From Selaginella moellendorffii (lineage: Eukaryota; Plantae; Lycopodiophyta), in the NCBI RefSeq assembly GCF_000143415.4, contig NW_003314376.1:62001-126000 (forward strand): DNA of 64,000 nucleotides, given 5' to 3'. The notes beneath the pieces were generated by a model. The model was not told where the DNA came from and did not search any database. It was given only the letters and a program-made list of their open reading frames with translations. The translations under genes were made by a program, and so were the position numbers. Below, piece by piece: positions 39,701 through 49,040 of this stretch. How positions within the stretch are numbered: position 1 is the first letter of the stretch; each line of letters begins with the position of its first letter.

Positions 39701-41627
39701 GAGGAGCTCAAGTGCCAACTAAAGGAGTTGGTGGAAAAAGGGTATGTTAGGTTGAGCAAGTCGCCGTATGGGGTGCCGGTGTTATTTGTGAAAAAGAAAG
39801 ATGGATCTATGCGCATGTGCGTAGACTATCGGTTGCTCAACAAGTATACAAAGAAGAACAAATACCCTTTGCCAAGGATTGAGGACCTGTTCGATAGGTT
39901 GGGAAAGGCAAAATACTTCTCGAGGATTGACTTGAGGTCAGGATACTACTAGATCAGGGTAGCAGAGGAAGATGTCGAGAAGACAACCTGTCGAACTAGA
40001 TATGGGAGCTTTGAGTTTTTGGTGATGCCTTTTGGGCTGTGCAATGCGCCAGCAACGTTTTTGGCGTTGATAAACCATATCTTTGTACCCTATCTGGATC
40101 ACTTCGTGGTCGTCTATATCGACGACATCCTGATCTATAACGAGACGCTAGAGGATCATGCCGAACACTTGGCAAAGGTGTTTGAGAAGCTAAGGGAACA
40201 CAAGTTGTATGCTAAAGAGAGCAAATGTGACTTTGCTCAACAAGAGGTAAAGTTTCTCGGGCATGTGGTGGGCCAGGACAGGCTCAAGGTGGACCCAGAG
40301 AAGGTTCAAGCGATCCAGGAATGGGAGCGACCATGGAATGTACATGAGTTGAGGGCGTTCTTGGGGCTATGCAACTACTACCGAAAGTTTATCAGACACT
40401 ATTCGAGAGTAGCCCTACCCTTAACGGACCAAACAGGAAAGGGAATGATCGTATGGATAGCGGAATACAAGGCAGCATTTGTCCACCTCAAAGGGAAGTT
40501 GAGGAAGGCTCCCGTGTTGGCATTACTAGACTTTAGTAAGGACTTCGAGGTAGAAACGGATGCTTCAGACTTTGCGTTGGGTGCAGTTTTGAAGCAAGAC
40601 AACCATCCAGTAGCGTTCTTCTCGAAGAAGTTAGACAAGGCTCAACAGAAGTGACTTGCCCACGAGAAGGAATTGTTTGTGGTGGTCAAGGCACTCAAGG
40701 AGTGGCGACACTACCTTGGGAGACACTTCAAGGTTTACACGGACAATGTGGGAACGAAACACTTTTTGTCACAGCCCGACCTGAGAGGGAAATAGGATCA
40801 GTGGGCCAATGCCTTGGCCGAGTTTGATTGCGAGATTCTGTACAAGCCTAGGAAGAGCAACATCGTGGCAGATGTGCTAAGTCGAAAAGCGAGCTTGAGG
40901 TTGGCGATATCCAGTGCGACAGCAACCTTTTGGGACGATGTGCGGACAACATATGAGAATAATGGTCTAGCACAAGAAGTGTTGCTAAGGAATCTAGAGG
41001 CACGGGAAGCTCACCAGAGAGGTGAGCTGCCAACGGAAGAGAAAACAGGCTATACAGAACGCAATGGAGTCATCTATTATAAGCAAACGTGGGTGTATGT
41101 TCAAGAAGGGGAACTAAGGAAGGTAGCTTTAGAAGAGTGTCATGATGGACCTCTTGCGGGACACGGTGGAGTGCCCAAGATGATGGGCTTACTCAAAAGG
41201 AAGTACCATTGGCCAGATATGGCTAAGGACGTCCAAGACTATGTAAAGACATGTCCAACATGTCAGTAGATCAAAGCCGTGATTATGGCTAGTGGGGGCT
41301 TGTTGCAAAGCATCCCAATTCCAGATCGTCCGTGGAAATGTCTTACGATGGACTTTATCATGGGACTCCCCCTAAGCGAGGGGTTTGATGCGATATTCGT
41401 GGTGGTGGACCGATTTTTGAAGATGGCACATTTCATACCCACCACAACGGATGTGGATGCGGAAGGTGTGGCAAAGCTGTTCTTCGAACAAGTGGTTCGA
41501 GTGCGGGGAAGGCTAGAAGAGATTATCTCAGATCGAGATAAAATCTTCACTAGTAGGTTCTAGAGAACTCCCCTGGAACAGTATTGCACCAAGTTGAAAT
41601 TCAACACAGTCTATCACCCACAGACAG

Positions 41628-41674
41628 GTATGGGGTATTAAGTCAAGTTTGATGGCACTAACACTTCTTGATAG
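41628..41674 (+). other. Spliceosomal intron 1 in integrase (47 nt)
   Basis: CAG|GTATGG...CACTAAC...TTGATAG|AC; removal gives YHPQTDGQTERVN. Confidence 0.88.
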
Positions 41675-42376
41675 ACGGACAAACGGAAAGGGTGAATAGG
41701 CAGCTGGAGGATTATTTGTGATGATATATCTCGGGAGACTAGACCGATTGGGTAAGTCATTTGGGACTTAAGCTCTATTTCGTTAAAGTGAGAATTGTCA
41801 TTATCCTACTTGTAAAATAAGGTTTCCAAACCTTTATATAGTATATAAATATAACAAAATTCAACTGCATTGAGGCACATGCCATTTTATTTTAAACAAG
41901 GAAATGTCTACTCAATCACTTCTCCTCCTCCTGCCACTGCCTCACCTCTCTCTTCTCCTTGTCATCGTCATCCAATTTCTTTCCATCCTTTTAATATTGG
42001 CTCAGTTGCTCCGAGTCTAGGTGGAGCCCAAGTCCCCATTCAATCTTTACTTTCCCTTTATTAATAAAACAACTTCGTAAACTTCCAATAACATGCTGTA
42101 ACACTTCTAGTATAATGCAAATCCTCTCAAAGAATTGTCTTTTAATATTAATACAATGGCATGGAACCCCATGCCATAATAAGTTACATTTTTAAATAAA
42201 TACATACCATCTCAGACTGTTATTTTTTGCCTCCAACGCCTATACAATAATCTTGGAATTTCAACACTCTCCACACTATTAGGATTTAAACCCAATAGTA
42301 ATGCCATCTCTTCTCTAATACGTCCATGCTCATGTTTAGTGGTCAAGTCTGGAAACCTCGTCTCGCCCTTCATTGT

Positions 42377-43195
42377 TCAGTAGTAGGGGATCACGTCTGC
42401 GATGTCGGGTGTTACTGGACTTGCCAGCATCTTCTGCTTTAGTTTCTCCACCCACTCATCAAATACTAGCCTGTGGTTGTATTTGCTTTGGATGTCGATA
42501 CGGCTTACGTCGATTGTATATACATTGTTGGAATAGTAACAAGTACTATTATCTGCGACGATTTTTGCTGCCTCTTCTTGCTCTTTCTGCTCTTTGCGGC
42601 TCTTCTTTTTGGTGGGTGTAGTGTTCGAACCCGAGGCAATGGCATCACCGAGTAGCTTCTTTTTTGGAGCAGGAGAGTTGGACGTCGACTTGAGCTTGAC
42701 CACCCTTTTCTGCTTCAGGGTAGTTTCCAGATCGACCCCCTTTTCCTTCGCTTCGCGAACTGAAGGCACTCTCAACGGCTCAATGTTGGAATATAGTTTT
42801 TGAACATCGCCGTAGGTGAGGTCCGTGGATTCCATGTGATCTTCATAGACCCGTAGCGTCTTTGAAATTGTGGGCCTCCTGGACAACCTCTCCCTAGCTC
42901 CCTCTAGGAATTCCTCATAGCCGCTGCCCCCCTCCAGGAAGCCGCTAGGATGTGCAAGGTGGATCTTGAAGGCGGACGCTGTCTCTACCACAAGTGCCAG
43001 TCCATATTCTTGCATGGAACTGCATGGAGTGTCTGTCACTTGGATGAGGATCCCCATGCATTCTTTTCTCCCACCATCTGTGTTGTACAGCCTCAGATCC
43101 TCGCCTTCCATCCCGAAAGTCCAACTGGTGAGCTCCTCCCCCTTCTCTGCATCCACATTGACAGTGGCTGGAAGAAGAACGCAATTCCTCGCCTG
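42377..43195 (-). CDS. Transposon accessory ORF/exon of unknown function
   Basis: ~270 open codons after a TTTCTGAACAG acceptor-like site; basic KKK clusters; reading continues past the TGA towards a GTATGT donor. Confidence 0.5.
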   Translation of the reverse strand, partial: QARNCVLLPATVNVDAEKGEELTSWTFGMEGEDLRLYNTDGGRKECMGILIQVTDTPCSSMQEYGLALVVETASAFKIHLAHPSGFLEGGSGYEEFLEGARERLSRRPTISKTLRVYEDHMESTDLTYGDVQKLYSNIEPLRVPSVREAKEKGVDLETTLKQKRVVKLKSTSNSPAPKKKLLGDAIASGSNTTPTKKKSRKEQKEQEEAAKIVADNSTCYYSNNVYTIDVSRIDIQSKYNHRLVFDEWVEKLKQKMLASPVTPDIADVIPYY

Positions 43196-44044
43196 TTCAG
43201 AAATGCACAACAATTAGAGCTGACAGATGAAAAGCTAGCAGCTGGAAATAACGTGAGGCCACACGCCATTCACCACTGCATCAGATGTCTTGAGGCTGCA
43301 TCCTAAGATGGCGTGAGGCTACACGCCATCTGTAACCGGACTGCACTCGAGAGCCCAATCGGTGCATGCCAATGTTGCTACTGAATGGCATGTGGCCTCA
43401 TGCCATTTTCTACTTGGCCTAAAAGACTTACCATTTGAAGCCGAATGGAGGCGTGACAATCGAGGCCGGACTCGCTGGCGAATGTGCACTGTGTGTGCAG
43501 CGGATCGTAGCAGCAAGGCTACTCTGCCACTTACAGTTGGAGACTGGCGCTGAAATCTCTCGGGACGCCAAGTGGGCTGCGTGTGGGTGGCGGAGTAGGC
43601 GGCAGAGTTGGCGGCGAAGTTACAAACTGGGTGTGTCTTGAAGTGGACGCCGATGCACACGAGCGCGATGCGAGCGCGAGTGTGATGCAAGCGCAAGTGG
43701 ACGCCGATGCACACGAGAAACCTGTAGAGAAGGTAGATGAGCGCGAATGTGAGCGTGATCGCGAGTGCGAGCGCGAGTACGAAGCAAAATGCAAAACCTA
43801 ACCTCACACGCGTGAAATATCACGACGGTTGGTAATCCCGCAACGTCATCATTCCTCGGACTTGGGCACCACCATTAATTTCTGGATCGCCGCGCGCATG
43901 CATGCACGTGAAATCCAAAAGAAATCCGCAACGTCATCATTCCTCAGACTACATGCACGCGAAATCCAAAAGAAAGATCATGATTGGGATATCATTTAAT
44001 ACCCTCGCTATATTTATACCATGCATGATTGGATATTCCAAAGC

Positions 44045-45420
44045 ATCTTGTATTTCCAAAAATGCCAGATGTTCAGCTAAATAAAGAATGGTATACAATG
44101 TCCTTCTTGATGACCCTGCAAAGAAGCATCTCGATCGGACACCACATGAGACCACACGAGCTTTACAATGTTTCAGGGGCATTTGCCATAGATCCGACCG
44201 TTATTTTGCTCCAAGATTCTACAGTTTTGTGTGCATTGACCTTTCCATCGACACTGCAAAGGGACATCACAATCAGATGTGGGATCACAAGAAACCAACT
44301 TCACTAACTCTGGTTTCACCAAGATCTACATAAGGAGTTATGAAATGAAAGGACCCTCTTTATTGAAATGTGTTTATGGTCCTAGGGGCATTGTGACATA
44401 TCAAAGGATTTTGCATCAAGTTCTGTATTTGCATGTTTATCAAGCTACTGAATTGCTAAACCCTAAACCCTAAATATGTGGCAAATGCTGCGTGAAGAAA
44501 GATGCCCTTTTTGGGCAAATGCTGTAAAAGGCAGATGCCGAGCAGTTACACGGCAAATAATCTTCGCGTGGATCGCTGACATGGCATGGCAAAGTTCGAA
44601 TCACTGACATGGCACAGCTGGATCGAGGCAAGGACATGATGTGAAAAAGTTCAACGTTTGATAGCAAAGTCTAGAATCTACTCAGTTTGAAATTTGTCAG
44701 AGGAATTATAAAATCTGGTTTGTCAGAGGATTTGATGTGATGTTCAAGCGTGTGGGCTCATGCAATTTTGATCCCAAAAAATGCACCAAAAAATGCTCGG
44801 CGCCATCTGGCGTTATCTCTTGAATGGCGTGGGGCCGCATGCCATTTTCAGGGGCACATAGGAGTATATTCCTAGAATATTCTGACACGTGCTAGATATT
44901 TTTGGAGTTTTTTGGAGATCCAACCGTTAGATCGCAACTAGATTTTATAGAATGGTATACAATGTCTTTCTTAATGACCCTGCAAAGAAGCATCTCGATC
45001 GGACACCACATGAGACCACACGAGCCTTACAATGTTTCAAGGGCATTTGCCATAGATCCGACCGTTATTTTGCTCCAAGATTCTACAGTTTGGTGTGCAT
45101 TGACCTTTCCATCGACACTACAAAGGGACATCACAATCAGATGCGGGATCACAAGAAACCAACTTCACTAACTCTGGTTTCACCAAGATCTACGTAAGGA
45201 GTTATGAAATAAAAGGACCCTCTCTATTGAAATGTGTTTATGGTCCTAGGGGCATTGTGACATATCAAAGGATTTTGCATCAAGTTCTGTATTTGCATGT
45301 TTATCAAGCTACTGAATTGCTAAACCCTAAACCCTAAACCCTAAACATGTGGCAAATGTTGTGTGAAGAAAGATGCCCTTTCTGGGCAAATGCTGTAAGA
45401 TGCAGATGCCGAGCAGATGT
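44045..45420 (+). repeat. Internal direct duplication (~450 bp; ~44085-44545 and ~44950-45415), each copy with (CCCTAAA)2-3
   Basis: Near-identical blocks beginning AGAATGGTATACAATGTC. Confidence 0.85.
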
Positions 45421-46640
45421 ATCTCAGGCTAGCGAAGGGGACAAACAAAAACTAGCTATAAACATGACGGGATGCAAATAGATTACTAGGCTGGTCCTGC
45501 GAAAATCAAAAACCATAATTGAAAACATTGAAAATGCAAAAAGAAAGGTTTATAATATTTTTGAATTTTAAGCAACCAAAGGAATGTAAGTAGGGCATGT
45601 GTTTGTAAGTTTAAAAATGCCTCAACCACTTAAATTCCCAAGTAAATAAAGTTGTTTCTATTTTTGGTACAGGTAAACTTTATAACGTGTGGGCTCATGC
45701 AATTTTGAACCCAAAAATGCACCAAAAAATGCTCGACTAGCATTATTCTTTGAATGGCGTGTGGCCTTATATTGCCATAAATGGACGTACACACACAGCA
45801 TAATTATTCCTTTACACGGCGAATAATCTTGGCGCGGATCGCTGACATGGCATGGCAAAGTTCGAATCACTGACATGGCACAGCTGGATCGAGGCAAGGA
45901 CATGATGTGACAAAGTTCAACCTCCGACAGCAAAGTCTAGAAGCTACTCAGTTTGAAATTTGTCAGAGGAATCATAAGATCTGGTTTGTCAGAGGATTTG
46001 ATGTGACGTTCAAGCGTGTGTTATTTTTGAATTCTCGAACTCATTCCTAGGTTTATCATTTTTGTGCGCCGTGTTCTTGGTTCCGCTGAGCGCAGTGAGC
46101 GCTGCTTGTGTAAGCGGCGTTGTGAGCTATGGTTTATGCGTCTACGAGCGGTTGCGGCATTGCGAGCGCCATTGCGAGCGGCAGTTTATGCGAGTGGCAG
46201 TTTGTGCGAGCGGCGCTATGAGCAATTGCAGTGTTGCGAGCGGCGCTACGAGTAGTTGCGGTGTTGCGAGCGGCACTGTCTTTGGTGTGGCTACCGCTTC
46301 CTCTTGATATTCGGCACTTGTGCTTCCTGGTATGTTCACCATGGAATGGCTTAGGACCACATTTAGAAATGGCATGAGGCCACATGCCATCTTGGGCCCT
46401 TGCAATTTTATGGCTAGCGTATTGTCATGTATGTTTTTACTTGCTTGCAACTGTGTGTATATCAAGATGGCATGAGGCCTCATGCCAATTTTGTGAATGC
46501 AAAATTTCACGTGGGTGTCAATAGCATGTTTGAATAATGGCATGTGGCCTCATGCTATTGAGGTTGTTTGGTATGTTATGATTTAGGCCATTCTCCAATC
46601 ATTTTTTGTATGGTCTTAACTTCTTTTCTGCACTTTTAGA

Positions 46641-47552
46641 ATGGCCTCTGCAAGTGCGACACATGTTCCCTCCGTGGATCTTAAGAACCATGCTACATGG
46701 ATTCAGGCAAAGGTGTTTCTAAACAACCCCGAGGGGGAGGTGGTAGCTGAGGGTTTAGCCACAGTTGTCGATCCAAGAGATGCGGTTGCTAATCAAGAAT
46801 TGGGCTGGGATGATATTGGAGTTGCGATTTTAGAGGTTGTTGACATAGAAGAAAACAGTCTGACTATTGGAAGCATTGTGCGGTGGAAATTGAGGCACTT
46901 AATGTTTGAGAATGTGAAGGATTCACAATCAAACACCATTACAACTGATGACAGAACATCTCTTCATGGGAAAAGAAAGTACACCTTCCTAAAGTGCAGC
47001 CAAAGGGATCTGAGCAACGAACCGAAAAGGCAGAAAATGGCGATGGAGGTTCGAATGGTCTCGACAGTTGTTTGTTGCAAGAGGAGGTGCTGTCAACATG
47101 CTGATTGGGATGCTATTGAAGAGGAGAGAGCAAGATAAAAGACATTGTCCTGGAAGGCAGCTCACAATTTTGTGTATGAGGCATTACGGTCATCTGTTGA
47201 TGCTTCAGAACATCAGGTGGGGGGCATGGTCTTCCAGAGGGGTTTGGTCTGCATGAAGGCATGGAGAATCATTTATGGAGTCCCTCGAACCACATTCTAC
47301 AGAATCAAAACTGAGTTCGAGGAACAAAGGGTTCAACAGGCAGTCCATGGGAATGACGGTACTCATAAAACCAGGGGTCATGTTGTATATGGAGAGGCAA
47401 TCTTCAAGAGGTTTGTCGAGACATGTAACAAGCAGCACTTTTTTCCCTTTGCACTAGTATATCTTAATACCGGTCTGAGAAATAGAATGGCATGTGCCCT
47501 CAGGCCTTTTACTAAATCACCTTTGAAAGAAATGCAAGCCTCTATGTTGTAA
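46641..47552 (+). pseudogene. Truncated transposase N-terminus (Tnp1/En-Spm-like domain plus a Cys-rich Sola-like region)
   Basis: VVAEG..VDP..ELG..IGSIVRW, then CCKRRCC, VCMKAWRIIYGV and HGNDG; one internal TAA that is TAC in the second copy; no catalytic domain seen. Confidence 0.55.
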
Positions 47553-48377
47553 AAAAAAGGTACTAGAGAAATTCCTTAATAATATGAATGTTATTTAGTT
47601 TCATGAAAATACACTAAGGGTCAAATGAGTTAAATGACTTCTCCAGACTAGCAATGCCTCTTGCTACACCTTCACAATTAGATTCGTTAGAAAAAGATAA
47701 CATTGAATAATATCTAAATGTTCTCACCATTAAGTTATATGTCTGGCTAATAGGAATGACGTTCATCTTGGAAAGCTCACCACATGCTCAATGAACAAAC
47801 AAATAGTGTGTGCGCGCATGCCATCGCTCTTCTTTAGCTTTAGATTCGGCTTGTTCACCTTGACAATGAGATTTATTATACAACTAGATGGACTCAGTCT
47901 GGACACAAAGTCACCGCGCTAGTCACTATGCCCCAGATATGTCTAGCCCCTAGACAAAAAACATATAATTTCACGTCATTTTCAAATACTTGAAAATTTG
48001 TACCTAGTCCCATTTTACTGAATAAATCCCACTTTAACGAAATAGAGCATACTTGCAGAAATGTGTTATAACAACTCACCACATTCGAGTATCGGGGTGA
48101 GTCCATGGGAAGTCATCAATGGGTGAGCTATTAAAGGTCCCGTGGAACTTAGCGTGGCCAAGTATCATGGAGAGTTACCTGCAGTGGAGGCATTCACGGC
48201 GGAAAGACTCAACATTTGGAATCTAGTGACGGATTCCTTGGAACGGGCGCAACAAAGACAAACCAAGTACGCGAACCAGAAGCGCCGGGATATAAAGTTC
48301 TAAGCTGGGGAGAAGGTGTGGCTGAACACCAAGAACCTCAGACTACCAAGTGGGATCAGCTGAAAGTTGACCCAAAG

Positions 48378-48429
48378 GTAAAAATGCATGTATTCCTGTA
48401 AATGAATTGATCTGGAGTTCCTTAAGCAG
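48378..48429 (+). other. Spliceosomal intron 2 in integrase (52 nt)
   Basis: AAG|GTAAAA...CCTTAAGCAG|GT; removal gives KLTQRFAGPY and brings the chromodomain into frame. Confidence 0.88.
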
Positions 48430-48913
48430 GTTCGCGGGGCCTTATGAGATTGAGGCACAAATCGGTAAAGTGGCTTACTGTCTTCGACTTCCTCGAGAGA
48501 TGGGGAAGATGCACCTAGTGTTCCACGTAAACTTACTCAAGCTGTACTTTGAGGATCCGCTTCGCAAGGACCAAGTAAGACCTTTACCTGAGGTTATCCA
48601 AGGGGAAGAGGAATACGAAGTCGAGGCCATCCTCAATGTGCGCAAGAGCAAGCGACAAGGAAGTGAGGTGAGAGAGTTCCATGTGAAGTGGAAAGGATTT
48701 CCACACTGGGAAGCAACATGGGAACCGGAGGAGAACCTAGCGAACGCGCAAGATTTAGTGGAGGAATTTCTGCAAGGCAAAACTCGATGTACTTATGCAA
48801 AGTTCAATTAAAGTATCAATTTGCAAAGTTGAGCAATAGCATATGTTGAGACCCGAAGGCATGCCGAAGGTAAGCTAATTAGCACGGGTTAGCTAGGTCG
48901 ACTAGGCGTAGAG

Positions 48914-49040
48914 CACTACACCTGACTCCCCGTGGGGATGTCGAATCCGTAGACGTATTCTACGGAGGTTGGGTTCGAGTCCCAACCCCCTAGTAAAGCA
49001 AAGCTGGGTTCAAGTCCCGACCCCATACTAGGGCGTGGTG
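48914..49040 (+). other. Putative structured RNA element with two tRNA-like T-arms in the chromovirus 3' UTR
   Basis: Hairpins TCCGTAGA/TCTACGGA and GGTTGGG-TTCGAGT-CCCAACC, a second GGG-TTCAAGT-CCC, and enclosing stems CTAGTA/TACTAG and CACTAC/GTGGTG. Confidence 0.5.

Larger units (their letters stand above)
41770..48050 (+). mobile_element. Sola-like TIR DNA transposon, probably non-autonomous, 6281 bp
   Basis: TIRs A(A/T)GCTCTATTTCGTTAAAGTG; 4-bp TSD ACTT (41766-41769, 48051-48054); removal restores integrase HLGL|AEMCYN. Confidence 0.85.
37655..48811 (+). pseudogene. Chromovirus Gag-Pol (Gag, CCHC knuckle, protease, RT, RNase H, integrase, chromodomain), interrupted by stops, two introns and a DNA transposon
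   Basis: CYNCGEAGHFLREC, LIDTGASDNF, YIDDILIY, ETDASDFALG, HDGPLAGH..CPTC, TMDF..SDRD, GPY, YEVEAILNVR..VKWKGF..ATWEPEENL. Confidence 0.92.

Noticed and set aside
44456-45346. (CCCTAAA)n as a telomere or healed break
   Set aside because: Only 2-3 units inside an internal duplication of the transposon; more like telo-box motifs
48776-48880. Possible third intron after the chromodomain
   Set aside because: No conserved protein motif to test restoration against and no clear acceptor
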